Origin: a virus
Taxonomy: Duplodnaviria; Heunggongvirae; Uroviricota; Caudoviricetes
Virus record (IMG/VR): IMGVR_UViG_3300034126_000013
Direction: 5' to 3' (one strand)
DNA: 64,000 nt
How positions within the stretch are numbered: position 1 is the stretch's first letter; every line of letters starts with the position of its first letter. Positions 54,201 through 63,094 of the stretch are shown one piece after another. A program made the translations under genes and the position numbers. The notes beneath the pieces are model-generated. The model saw only the letters and a list, made by a program, of their open reading frames with translations, ran no database searches and was not told the DNA's origin.

Positions 54201-55296
54201 GATCACCCAAAGCTTTGTTAAACTGTTGAATATTCAGTTGACCAGATTGTAAACCAGCAGAAAGAACACGGATACCTTCATTGTAAGAAGCCTGTGCACG
54301 TTGCAGTGGATCATATGCACTTGTTACGTTGAACAGTTCACGTGCGAAGCGAGCTTCAGCAGCAGTGTTACTATTTGCCGCAACAATAGCCTGATCACGA
54401 CGTGTAGAAATCTGAGTAAGCTTTGTATTGTACTGGTCAGCAGTCAATGCACCAAGACGAAGACCGTCATTGAGTACAGCCAATGCACGAGTGTATTGAA
54501 TTTCAGCACGCTCAGCACGACCAAGTGTTGCTGTTACCGAGTCGATCTTAGAACGAACTTGATCAATCTCACGACTTTGGTCACGTGTAGCAAGTGCTTC
54601 ATCACGCTTAGCAGCAGCTAGTTTTACATAACTATCATACTCAGCAGAAGAGATTGAAGGAACAACTGGACCATTTGCACCTGTACCAGAACGAGCACGG
54701 TTGAGCTGTTCAATTGTACGGTTATATTCTTGCTGAGCTTTAATCTGAGCAGACAAACCATTAAGGGTTGCACTCAACTCACGCTCAGCACGAGCAGAAG
54801 CTCGTGCAGCCAATGCTTCGTTAGATTGAATAGCACGAGCTTGGGCTTCTAGACGGCGTTGCTCAGCGGTTGCAGCAGCTTCTTTAGCACGTTGTTCACG
54901 AAGAGCCTGACCAGCAAGACGATCTAGTGCGTTACCTTGACGGTTTACCAGATTAATGTTTGTGTCAATAACTTGGTTGAGTCGATCATACTCAGCCGGG
55001 TTTGTAGTCTTCAAATCAGAAGAGTTAAGTGCCTTGCGTTGTTCCTCAAGTGCTTTCAACTTCTTAGTTTGGTTATCAATTGCAGAAGACAGGTCATTGA
55101 CTGGTTTAGTACCACCACCCCCACCGCCGCCACCGGGACTGCCACCGCCTGAATTGAGAGCATCAGCAGCAGCCTTTTGGTCACGGAATGCACGAGTTAC
55201 TTTAGCCGAAGCATCAGCAAGAAGTGTAAGTGTTTCAGCACCTGTCTTTGCTTGTGTAGAGTCTACGTTAATCTGTAACTCAGCTAATGTCGCCAT
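51277..55296 (-). CDS. tail tape measure protein (1339 aa)
   Basis: Very long Ala/Gln/Arg-rich coiled-coil protein between G/T chaperone and M; poly-Gly tracts. Confidence 0.85.
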   Translation of the reverse strand: MATLAELQINVDSTQAKTGAETLTLLADASAKVTRAFRDQKAAADALNSGGGSPGGGGGGGGTKPVNDLSSAIDNQTKKLKALEEQRKALNSSDLKTTNPAEYDRLNQVIDTNINLVNRQGNALDRLAGQALREQRAKEAAATAEQRRLEAQARAIQSNEALAARASARAERELSATLNGLSAQIKAQQEYNRTIEQLNRARSGTGANGPVVPSISSAEYDSYVKLAAAKRDEALATRDQSREIDQVRSKIDSVTATLGRAERAEIQYTRALAVLNDGLRLGALTADQYNTKLTQISTRRDQAIVAANSNTAAEARFARELFNVTSAYDPLQRAQASYNEGIRVLSAGLQSGQLNIQQFNKALGDQRQALDAVRAAQPNSEQSQAARYQAAIDRLLPYNSQLRNLAEAEKALQAAQAQGRVIGEQQIAQHKAATEAIAAERKEIERRADASRKSGNSAKQDAQALRQVPAQITDIVVSLQGGQAPLTVLLQQGGQLKDVFGGVVPALKGLATGLVSLLNPTVIIGSALLGLGVAAQQGAKELIAFNQSTILTNGFAGVSASKFSQLRDSLDDVRGTARIAAEALTLINASGKISGDVFEQVATAAIAFQRATGTALKDIIGDFASLGKDPVKAAVALDEKYKFLTSSVLAQAGALVLAGKEFEATTLLQGELATATENAAQRMVDQLNVVGKTLKGLKDGVSEVIDEFFKLGRVDTTADRLKELYRQRENAELPNKTRALIGIGPDEGTSKRVADIDKEIQALRTRIEYENYGAEQEAQTERNRQLAVSATSRLEGNRSLYLDSVARAQEALNLVERDAIRIKQGAAAANRQVTAEEQKLIDVNRSGAQRRLDEAKEQAAKKANKPAGALDTTNVQEVRSDLKIIQNEYENHYKRVTSIGEAGLVSEQATYYSQKAILEAQRKAVEDSFNSQEVAIKALQERKGNSNAQTVSLSNQLTRAETERVTTLETLDRRLDQLQSKEDGRVATRTRNIAAYKASLDAQLESLSDQGARSADGVGRGSRQAGVNQALGANDRSFNRAQRRLSEALADNGDPAEYAAKLKDLEKSHNELAAQIIQNDKDIQAANYDWTNGFTAAIEDAQDVGMNFAGSLQSALTGTFESAGDALATFVTTGTFNFRSFTTSILADLAKIAARQAASGALSGILGVAASAASTYFGGGGANGFAAGSAGATSSTLGASQAGYSSQYFQAKGGAWSGGTQMFANGGAFTNSVVSSPTSFGMANGSRGIMGEAGDEAIVPLARTRNGDLGIRALGGGGGGGSSATIVNVSVQVSESGSKSQSDEPAWNQFGTDLGAFVRTEVYSVINTESRPGGQLSKG

Positions 55297-55618
55297 CTTT
55301 TTGATTCTCCCTCATAGTGATGAGTGCTTCGTTCTCCATCACTTGTAGATCAGGAAACATCGCGTTCAGGTCTTTGTTTTTAATTCCAAGCGATTTTGCT
55401 ACCATAGGAATTACATTGTAATCCAAACCAGTAGCACCGCTCATACCTACTCTCCATTGTGTCCCAAGGGCATTGAAGAGAGTAAATGAATGCCAGTTGA
55501 TTGCCCAGACTTCAACAATTTCATCTGGGATTTCCTCAAGTTTCAAACCGAACAAACCCGCTTGGTGTTTGTTGGTGTCATTGGCATACAAGGCATGAAC
55601 AGCGCAGATTAGTTTCCC
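55280..55618 (-). CDS. T: gpT-like frameshift extension of tail assembly chaperone (expressed as G-T fusion by -1 frameshift)
   Basis: -1 frame open from slippery site to stop at 55280; overlaps tape-measure start by 17 nt. Confidence 0.6.
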   Translation of the reverse strand, partial: GKLICAVHALYANDTNKHQAGLFGLKLEEIPDEIVEVWAINWHSFTLFNALGTQWRVGMSGATGLDYNVIPMVAKSLGIKNKDLNAMFPDLQVMENEALITMRENQKDGDIS

Positions 55619-56010
55619 TGACGTGCCCGAGTGTATGCTTCGTTATATTGTTCAATGATTGCCTCAGTAACAGACACAGAACTCTCAATCAGTTCCTCAA
55701 TGTTCTCATCGCTGAATTCATCACTGAAACCCCAACCAAGAACAATGTCTTTGATTTGTTTAACTTGCATTTCAATTTCACGCTCTGCCCAATCAGCAAG
55801 GCTGAAACCATTACCAGCTTCGTCAGCTTTCTCAGCTTCATTAATTAGATTAGCACCTTCTTTCTTCCACTCGTCAAACATACGAGCCAGTGCTTTACGG
55901 GACATTACTTTGAACTCGAAGGTAACATTCAGTGGCTCACCGCCAACACGTGGAATCTTAACTGGAGCTTTGAAGGTTTCGTTCATTTGTACTTTAAAAG
56001 ATTTTGCCAT
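55609..56010 (-). CDS. G: tail assembly chaperone, gpG-like (start MAKSFKVQ)
   Basis: ORF 55609..56064 trimmed to ATG with GAGGAG RBS. Ends ..CAG GGA AAC TAA with slippery heptamer. Confidence 0.65.
   Translation of the reverse strand: MAKSFKVQMNETFKAPVKIPRVGGEPLNVTFEFKVMSRKALARMFDEWKKEGANLINEAEKADEAGNGFSLADWAEREIEMQVKQIKDIVLGWGFSDEFSDENIEELIESSVSVTEAIIEQYNEAYTRARQGN
55612..55618 (-). promoter_or_regulatory. programmed -1 ribosomal frameshift slippery heptamer G GGA AAC
   Basis: X XXY YYZ heptamer three codons before G stop; -1 frame continues into T ORF. Confidence 0.6.
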
Positions 56011-56034
56011 GATATAACTTCTCCTCAGAAATAA

Positions 56035-56064
56035 AAATGCCCTCACCGTTGAAGGCAAGGGCAT
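56035..56064 (-). terminator. hairpin + U-run between major tail and chaperone genes
   Basis: aatgccct-caccgttgaaggca-agggcatt (8-bp stem) followed by UUUUUAUUUCU. Confidence 0.45.
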
Positions 56065-56095
56065 TGAAGCACTTGCGTGCGTTACGTGTTACTAC

Positions 56096-56749
56096 TTATA
56101 CGCCACTGTAACGAGTTACACGACCTTGTTGGGCCAGAGTAATAGTACGAACCATCAACTGGTTACGAGTCAACGACGGGGTGTTGGTAATCGATGCAAT
56201 CGAGTTGTACAGGATGATATCACCGTTAACCAAGTTCAGACGCTGAATACGCTCTTCTTTCAGTTCGTCAGCAGATTCAACAACAGCAACATACGGTTGC
56301 GAAGGGTCATCAGCTACAGTCAGAGTCAGAGTCGATGGCGACTTAGTAGTTGGGATTTGGCGATCTTCATCTTCTTCAAGGAAGCCGAACTGGTAGAACT
56401 GTTGCTCACCACCGGAACTTGCTACTTCAGTGATTTGTGGGATGTTTACCCATGCATCTACTTTCTTCAGGCTACCAGCAGAAACACCGCTTGGGTACGA
56501 TTGGGTAGACAGAGTGTTAACACCCAGCAGAACAACAGTAGAACCAGTAATAGCACCTACTTTAAAAGCACGACCGGTCAACTTAACCCAGCCAGATTGA
56601 ACAACAACAATATCGCCTTCAGCCAGATCACCAACAGAAGCCAGAGTGGCGACAGCAGGGTTAGCATTGGAGATAGAAGTGATAGTCAGGTCTTCGCCAT
56701 ATACAGAAGCGAAGTCGAAGGTGGAACCGTTAGGCAAACGAAAAGCCAT
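56096..56749 (-). CDS. major tail protein (217 aa)
   Basis: Position (between tail terminator-like gene and G/T), size and composition. Confidence 0.6.
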   Translation of the reverse strand: MAFRLPNGSTFDFASVYGEDLTITSISNANPAVATLASVGDLAEGDIVVVQSGWVKLTGRAFKVGAITGSTVVLLGVNTLSTQSYPSGVSAGSLKKVDAWVNIPQITEVASSGGEQQFYQFGFLEEDEDRQIPTTKSPSTLTLTVADDPSQPYVAVVESADELKEERIQRLNLVNGDIILYNSIASITNTPSLTRNQLMVRTITLAQQGRVTRYSGV

Positions 56750-56761
56750 GATGTAATCCTC

Positions 56762-57238
56762 TTATGTTAGTGGTTGAAGCAAATCTAATTCTGTGTACTT
56801 GTCAGAACGATATTCGAAGTAGGCATGTTGTACCCATTGAATACCTTTCTGTTGACCATCATTGGTCTTGATAGGGCTAGTCACTTGAACCGTAAAACCA
56901 TTGTCAGCCGTATACACTTTGTTAATTTTGAAAGTGTCTTGTAGTCCGTCAATGATGTCCTCAGCACGAGTACACCCAGTTCCATACTTTGTAACAATTG
57001 TCATTTGGAACATTCCGATGTAACCAGTATGATCACCAGACAATGTATCTGAGAATGTATCAGCAGGAATCAAATGCGTTGCGATATACTCATCCGGCTT
57101 CTGTTCAGCAGGATCAGTTTCAATACGCTTCTTGCGAACACACTTTGTAACGTTATCCAGATACACTGGAATGTCAGTTGGTTCTGCATATGTCAGCAGT
57201 GCATCGGAGAACAACTTTCGAATTCGTGCATGACTCAT
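56762..57238 (-). CDS. tail terminator-like protein (158 aa)
   Basis: Synteny (gpU position). Confidence 0.4.
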   Translation of the reverse strand: MSHARIRKLFSDALLTYAEPTDIPVYLDNVTKCVRKKRIETDPAEQKPDEYIATHLIPADTFSDTLSGDHTGYIGMFQMTIVTKYGTGCTRAEDIIDGLQDTFKINKVYTADNGFTVQVTSPIKTNDGQQKGIQWVQHAYFEYRSDKYTELDLLQPLT

Positions 57239-57248
57239 TCTCTTCTCC

Positions 57249-57647
57249 TTATGCGTTCAATCTAATTGCATCATCAACAATACGACGGAACCTCATCTCA
57301 GTAACACGAACAACACCATCAGGAGCTTGTTTCGAACTACCATATTCAAGATCATTACCATAAAGTAGATGGTTCTGAATATAGGCAACTTGACCAGCAG
57401 TGAATCGATTAGCTGTTGCTGAAATGTCAGAGATCGTGGCATAACCGTCAGGGTCTTGACGCGTTAGAGAGGCGTTAGTACCGGCACCGATAGACAGTTG
57501 CCAGTTACCTTTAAAACGTCCTGTATCCACCGGAGAGAGCGTCACAAGTGTACGTCCAATCTGTATCACGATGGTTTGTAGAACATCGTCAATCTTTTTA
57601 TCAGTCTCTTCAATGAACCTTGTGATTTGATCTTCGAAACTAACCAT
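57249..57647 (-). CDS. tail completion / HK97 gp10-like protein (132 aa)
   Basis: Synteny (gpZ position); TGRFKGNWQ motif. Confidence 0.4.
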   Translation of the reverse strand: MVSFEDQITRFIEETDKKIDDVLQTIVIQIGRTLVTLSPVDTGRFKGNWQLSIGAGTNASLTRQDPDGYATISDISATANRFTAGQVAYIQNHLLYGNDLEYGSSKQAPDGVVRVTEMRFRRIVDDAIRLNA

Positions 57648-58038
57648 ATCTCACCTGCAATTTCCAACCACAATCAATTCCGTTGTCGTTGAAAGGGGAT
57701 ATGTTGACTACCCGTACCTGCTTGTCAATGAATAAGAACTCATCATTGATTTGCGGTCTAGGCATTTCCTCACCGGTGATTTGAACCGGAGATAGATAAA
57801 TTTGGAAGTCACCATATTCGATGGCTTCATTCTTGTAAGCATATTCAGAGTAGTTAACACGAACACCAGAACCGGTAAGAACAGTTTCAATGATCGGCGT
57901 TACACCACCTGACACTCGGTCATATTCACCACCAGACTTAGTAGTGAACTTTACTGGAACACCTTTACCTTTCGGTTGAGGGCCAAGTTGGCGAATGACC
58001 ATTGCTCTCATTCGGTTATGGAATCCAGACATCAGCAA
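57640..58038 (-). CDS. head-tail joining protein (132 aa)
   Basis: Synteny. Confidence 0.4.
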   Translation of the reverse strand: MLMSGFHNRMRAMVIRQLGPQPKGKGVPVKFTTKSGGEYDRVSGGVTPIIETVLTGSGVRVNYSEYAYKNEAIEYGDFQIYLSPVQITGEEMPRPQINDEFLFIDKQVRVVNISPFNDNGIDCGWKLQVRYG

Positions 58039-58517
58039 CAGTCTCCTTGGAATGTACGATACCTAAGCCACTTAGAGTCACAACGTTGAAAGTCCAGAAG
58101 CTTATTCTTGTCTCGTTGATCTTGACCAGCGAACCAAGGCATAAGTGCAGCAGGTGGAACTTTACCAGCAGTGCTAATCAGATAATCTAACAGCTTCAAG
58201 TAGTTGTTACTTGACGAACTGGAAATCTGTAGCTCACCAATCACTTCACGCGAACTCTCACCAGACACTAGGTATGCAGCAGAGATAGCAGCAGTAACGG
58301 CAGCACGGTTAACATCACCACGAGCAGCTTTCAGGAATTGCTTATATTGAGCTTCAGTGAACATCGGGTAGTATGGACCACCTTCAATATCACCAATCAT
58401 AAGGGCTAGGAGTGAAATCTTATCAGCTATAATTTGCTCTTCTTCCGTAAGGATTGGAGTTGATGGCTCAAGCGGAATAAGTGGAATATCTTCTTCATCC
58501 ATTATCAATCTCCTCAA
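58032..58517 (-). CDS. head completion/connector protein (161 aa)
   Basis: Synteny. Confidence 0.4.
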   Translation of the reverse strand: MRRLIMDEEDIPLIPLEPSTPILTEEEQIIADKISLLALMIGDIEGGPYYPMFTEAQYKQFLKAARGDVNRAAVTAAISAAYLVSGESSREVIGELQISSSSSNNYLKLLDYLISTAGKVPPAALMPWFAGQDQRDKNKLLDFQRCDSKWLRYRTFQGDCC

Positions 58518-58562
58518 ACAACAAGGGGCTAGCTAGAAAGCCAGCCCCATGAAGTATTACTC

Positions 58563-59660
58563 TTAGTTGAAGGTTACATCGAAAACAGCCGCTGGGTAGA
58601 TCAGGCCGTTCATGAAGTTGGAACCAACCTTCATTTGGATCAGGTCATCTTCGTCGTTCAGACGTTCGAAGTAGTAACGACCAGCAGCACGCTTGTTGAT
58701 TGCGCTGAAGGTGTTAGCTGGAGCGTAGTAAGTCTTGAACATACCACGAACACCTGTTGGAACTGCAACTGCTTTATCAGCAGCGATCCATGGCTGGAAG
58801 TCACCAGCAGCATCTTCATAACCACCAGTGCCTGCGTCGATGAACACCAAGCCCCACAGGGATACAGTACGGAAGTTTGCATCGTAACCAGCAGCCTGAT
58901 CAGGGGTCTTCAGCAGGAGCTTGTTCAGGTCTTGAGCGAAGTATTTAACAGCCTCAGTCACGAACGGGTTAGTGTAAACAGCGTCGAAGAAATCAGTACC
59001 GCACAGGAGAACCAGTTGACGGTAGTTACCACCCGAGGAACTATTACGCAGTGCTTCACGCATTGCACGAACCAGATTAGAGCAAGCGATACGTGGATCG
59101 TTCGAGCCGGTCAGGTTCAGGTTCATGGTCTGACGAGTAACACCCATCTCTTGGTAGAAGTCAACAGTGTCACCATAGGAAGTTGCCAGAGTGCCGGTTG
59201 GGGCATAGACAGTACCTTTGGTCAGCAACTGCATACGAGCAACGTCTTGAGTCAGGTCAAAAGCGTTGTTCATGTAGGTCAGTTTTTCCAGACGAACGTT
59301 GGTTACTTCTTCCAGAACAGCAGCTTCTTGGATCGAGCTAACTTGTGCAACACCATCAACGTCTTGTGGCTTGATCGCATCTTGCAGTTCAAAGTTAGGA
59401 ATCTTGATTTGAATGAAACCTTTGACTGGCTTCGAAACCATGGTGTCAGCTTTGGCTTCCCAGTTCTTATCTTTGATCAGATGGTTGCTGTAGCTGGTAC
59501 GTTGAATTTCGATTTTCTTCTGAGTAACGAAGACTTCTTCGAACAGACCCAGTGCTTCGATGATCGAAATATTACGAGGCAGTTCGACAAGGATGTCGGT
59601 CAGTTCAACGTATTTACCTTGCGACAGGCGATCAATGTTTTTATCGATAATCAGAGACAT
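58563..59660 (-). CDS. major capsid protein (365 aa)
   Basis: Size, strong RBS, position after decoration-like gene and before head-tail joining genes. Confidence 0.65.
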   Translation of the reverse strand: MSLIIDKNIDRLSQGKYVELTDILVELPRNISIIEALGLFEEVFVTQKKIEIQRTSYSNHLIKDKNWEAKADTMVSKPVKGFIQIKIPNFELQDAIKPQDVDGVAQVSSIQEAAVLEEVTNVRLEKLTYMNNAFDLTQDVARMQLLTKGTVYAPTGTLATSYGDTVDFYQEMGVTRQTMNLNLTGSNDPRIACSNLVRAMREALRNSSSGGNYRQLVLLCGTDFFDAVYTNPFVTEAVKYFAQDLNKLLLKTPDQAAGYDANFRTVSLWGLVFIDAGTGGYEDAAGDFQPWIAADKAVAVPTGVRGMFKTYYAPANTFSAINKRAAGRYYFERLNDEDDLIQMKVGSNFMNGLIYPAAVFDVTFN

Positions 59661-59686
59661 TATATTCTTTCCTTTTGTTTAGTGAA

Positions 59687-59704
59687 GGGACCATTCGCGG
59701 TCCC
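59687..59704. other. stem-loop gggacc-attcgc-ggtccc between decoration and capsid genes
   Basis: 6-bp perfect stem, no clear U-run. Confidence 0.35.
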
Positions 59705-59727
59705 TATTTCAAAATTTGAAACGAAGC

Positions 59728-60171
59728 TTATACAGCTTTGTAATCAGAAACATCTTCCAGAACCAGCAGACCTTGAGCAGTCAGAAGTTTCAGCAACTTG
59801 GCATAATCAGCGGCACCAAGTGCAGTTGCATAGTTTTTCTTGATGTAGAACTCTTTGAAAGCGGCACTGCGAACAATACCGACAGCGTTGAACTGACCAG
59901 CTTTAATTGCCTTCGGAGTGAAGTCATAAGCGAACGAGTGATGATCACCAAAGACAACTGCGAACTCATTGGTATCAACTACATCAGTACCAGCGGTGAT
60001 TACTTTGTAAGGAGCAGCAGCAGTACCACCTTTAGCACGAGCAACAATGGCACCCAGTGGCAGAACACCAGCAGGGGTAATATTGATGTCTTCATTGCTG
60101 AAGTGGAAATCTTTGTGATCGATTACCAGATCAGAAGCGTACTTCAGCAGTTTAATTTCTTTGAAAGCCAT
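59728..60171 (-). CDS. head decoration protein (gpD-like, 147 aa)
   Basis: Size, position immediately upstream of capsid gene, Gly/Ala/Val-rich beta-type composition. Confidence 0.45.
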   Translation of the reverse strand: MAFKEIKLLKYASDLVIDHKDFHFSNEDINITPAGVLPLGAIVARAKGGTAAAPYKVITAGTDVVDTNEFAVVFGDHHSFAYDFTPKAIKAGQFNAVGIVRSAAFKEFYIKKNYATALGAADYAKLLKLLTAQGLLVLEDVSDYKAV

Positions 60172-60199
60172 GGTTTGTATCCTCTAATAAAAGTTGTGA

Positions 60200-61558
60200 T
60201 TAACGACGTGCAGCGTTAGCGCGTGCAGCTTCAATGCTTGCAACACGAATAGCGTCAGCAGTGGATACAGGACCGTCTTCTTCTTCAGCACCATCCTCAC
60301 CTACAGCAACGAAACTCGCAGCACGAGCATCTTTAGCAGCACCCAGTTGACCGACCATAAAGCTAAACGAAGCTTCGTCCAGAGCAGACATATTGGTCAT
60401 GTAAGATTCAAGCTCAGTCTCAGGAACTACTTCAGCCAGAGCGGCCTTACGTTGAGCCAGAGCGGCTTCGGCAGCAGCTTGTGCAGCGTCAGCTTGTGCT
60501 TGTTTAAAGCCTTCCAGTTGGGAAGTCAGTGAAGCAACAAGATCAGTTTGTGCGGTAAGCTTTTGAGTGAATTCCAAAACGGCAGCATCAGCACTTACAC
60601 GAGCTTCGGTTTCTGCACTCAGAAGTGCTTCTAGTTCTTGGAGCTTAGCCATTTCTGTCTTATCCTCACGGTTCATAAATTTCAAGGCACCTTTCATGGT
60701 GTTCCCTCCTTTGTTGTTTGCATCAGCAGCATCAGCTACATAGTCATAGAACTCTTCAACAGTCATTACCGAATCGGCAAGTCCAAGTTCAAGAGCTTCG
60801 TTTGCCATAAATACATTGGCTTGTGTGTCTTTCACGGCTTTGATATCAAGTCCACGATGAGTAGCAACATGACTTGTAAACCCGTCATAGAGAACATCTA
60901 CTTGAGTTTGAAGTCGCTCTTTGAAAGAGTCAGTAAACGAACCATCAGCAGCGAAAGGAACTTTGTCTTCACCTGCTGTAATAAATGTACGTTCAATGCC
61001 ATTCATTTCGAGTTGTTTGCTATTGTTCATCAACTGGATCAGTACACCAATACTTCCGACTTGACTATCCGAGGACATAACAATCTCATCAGCAATACAG
61101 GAGATACCGTAAGCAGCAGAAGCTGACATACCATCAACATAAGCAATGATCTTGATACCGTTATCGTCAGCAAGTTTGCGAAGGTAGTTTGCACTATCCA
61201 TCATGCCGTGTGCTTCGCCACCACCAGAGTTAACCATCATTACAACAGTCTTTGCTCCTTCTTCAACGAAGTATTCCATTTGACCTTTCAACATCTCGTA
61301 AGATGTACCACCACACAGAGCTTCCCAGCCGGATGTGCGATAAGTCAGAGGACCGTCAATATACATAACACCGGTTGCAGTGTCAGATACATAAGTTGGA
61401 CCACCGAAGTCATCCGATTTTGCTTCAGGGGTTACGTCAACAACGTTCCCTTCGATTCGCGAGTTAACATATTCCATAATGCTATCGAAAGAACTTTGTT
61501 CAATCAGATGCGGAGTGTTAACTAGCGAACCTTTGATACGAGCGAGTGAATGTGCCAT
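60200..61558 (-). CDS. prohead protease (S49/ClpP-like) fused to scaffold domain (gpC/Nu3-like)
   Basis: Protease core ..VVMMVNSGGGEAHGMMD..YVDGMSASAAYGI.. then C-terminal Ala/Glu/Gln-rich coiled-coil scaffold. Confidence 0.7.
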   Translation of the reverse strand: MAHSLARIKGSLVNTPHLIEQSSFDSIMEYVNSRIEGNVVDVTPEAKSDDFGGPTYVSDTATGVMYIDGPLTYRTSGWEALCGGTSYEMLKGQMEYFVEEGAKTVVMMVNSGGGEAHGMMDSANYLRKLADDNGIKIIAYVDGMSASAAYGISCIADEIVMSSDSQVGSIGVLIQLMNNSKQLEMNGIERTFITAGEDKVPFAADGSFTDSFKERLQTQVDVLYDGFTSHVATHRGLDIKAVKDTQANVFMANEALELGLADSVMTVEEFYDYVADAADANNKGGNTMKGALKFMNREDKTEMAKLQELEALLSAETEARVSADAAVLEFTQKLTAQTDLVASLTSQLEGFKQAQADAAQAAAEAALAQRKAALAEVVPETELESYMTNMSALDEASFSFMVGQLGAAKDARAASFVAVGEDGAEEEDGPVSTADAIRVASIEAARANAARR

Positions 61559-61561
61559 TAT

Positions 61562-63082
61562 TTAAGTTCCTTTATTAGCTGTGTTTGGATCACCGTTAGC
61601 ACCTGTGCCGTCTCCATTGCTACCCGGAAGTCCAGACTTCAAACCACCACCAGACTCAGAGGTAAAGTTCGTCATCATTTCTCTCAGCTTCTCAGGAGGA
61701 GTGTCATCAGGAACACGATAATCAATGCCGACGCGAGCGAGGACAAAGTTAACAACTTCAGGAACCAATGGAATCAATCCAGTTGCTGCTGTCTTTTGCA
61801 AGTAACTACCAACACTGTCTAGCGTCTCGCTGTTAGGCAGATCGAAGTCAAAGAATGGCATAATCTCAGTGGACCAACCGTTCTGTTCAAACAACGTCTT
61901 AACCAGCTTGTGATTCAACTGATCTTTGATTTCGTTCAAACGACTCTTAACGGCCAACTCCATAATACTAACTTTGGATTCAGCAAGTGAGTAGCTACCA
62001 CCGCTACCACCACCAAGAGACAATACGTCGGCAAACAAAGCAACTTGAATTGCTCGAATGTATCTGTTGATAATTGCGTTTACATCATAGGACTTCTGAC
62101 CAGAGATGTTCTTAATCTCAAAGTCAAACATCTTGTTACCTTCGTTATCCGTGAGCATTGGCAGGATGAACCCACTCTGCTTGGCTTGGTGTGCACGTTC
62201 CATCATGCGGGTATACATCTCGAAAGATGCAGCACGATCAGCGTCACGATCCTCAGTAAGATACTCAGGCGGAAGATAAAGGATTTTGAATGCGTTGTTG
62301 TCTTGAGCAACGCCAATTGCTTCAGACTCTTGATATGCAAGTTTCATCTTCCAAGGCTGCCATGCAGAAACCAGTGGGGATGTACCAGCAGGACTATCGT
62401 TTTGTGGGTTGTGTCGGAAGTGCAAGCATTTCTTAATCGGGATGTACTTAACACCAACACCATCACTGTTGTTAGTTACTTGTTCAACTTCCCAACCACC
62501 ACGAAGAACTTTACGTTCACTCGGTAGAATCACACGCTGGTCGAAACCATCAATCTCACGACCTTTGTTCTTCCAATACCACTCAACAACTGTACCTTGA
62601 CTACGACCAGCCAGTGCTTCAATACCAACAAGACCGTCGTTATACTTGCTACCATATTTTGTATTTCGGAAGCGGAACACCATTTCGAGAATGCTGAATC
62701 CGTAACGGTTGAATGTAGCAGCGGTTTTAATCGTCTGAATCCAACTATCACGCATGTCACCCATTACTTCAGTGAGATACTTCTGTTGTGCTCTAAGAAG
62801 AGCCTCGCTCTCTTTAGGAGCATCTTTAGGAATCTTAACACTCCATGTTGCTTCAGCAACTTTACCCTCTACAAACTCAAGTGCAGGGGCGATAGTGTCA
62901 TCCGCTGACATCTTCTTGAATGTTTTAAAAGCTCGTGGCCATCGTAGCTCATGGGAGCAGTCATCAAAGACTTGACCGCCCAGAGTGATAAGACCTGTGT
63001 AACCTGTCTCGCCGTATACGATTGCTGGAGCCTTTTCGTCTCCCTGCGTCAAGGAGATTGTACTTTCTGCTACGTCTGCCAT
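61562..63082 (-). CDS. portal protein (506 aa)
   Basis: Size and position between terminase and protease-scaffold. Confidence 0.7.
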   Translation of the reverse strand: MADVAESTISLTQGDEKAPAIVYGETGYTGLITLGGQVFDDCSHELRWPRAFKTFKKMSADDTIAPALEFVEGKVAEATWSVKIPKDAPKESEALLRAQQKYLTEVMGDMRDSWIQTIKTAATFNRYGFSILEMVFRFRNTKYGSKYNDGLVGIEALAGRSQGTVVEWYWKNKGREIDGFDQRVILPSERKVLRGGWEVEQVTNNSDGVGVKYIPIKKCLHFRHNPQNDSPAGTSPLVSAWQPWKMKLAYQESEAIGVAQDNNAFKILYLPPEYLTEDRDADRAASFEMYTRMMERAHQAKQSGFILPMLTDNEGNKMFDFEIKNISGQKSYDVNAIINRYIRAIQVALFADVLSLGGGSGGSYSLAESKVSIMELAVKSRLNEIKDQLNHKLVKTLFEQNGWSTEIMPFFDFDLPNSETLDSVGSYLQKTAATGLIPLVPEVVNFVLARVGIDYRVPDDTPPEKLREMMTNFTSESGGGLKSGLPGSNGDGTGANGDPNTANKGT

Positions 63083-63094
63083 TAGGCATTCTCC

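Noticed and set aside
58635-59843. 402-aa plus-strand ORF
   Set aside because: Antisense to the major capsid gene; spans the capsid-decoration intergenic hairpin; no start context.
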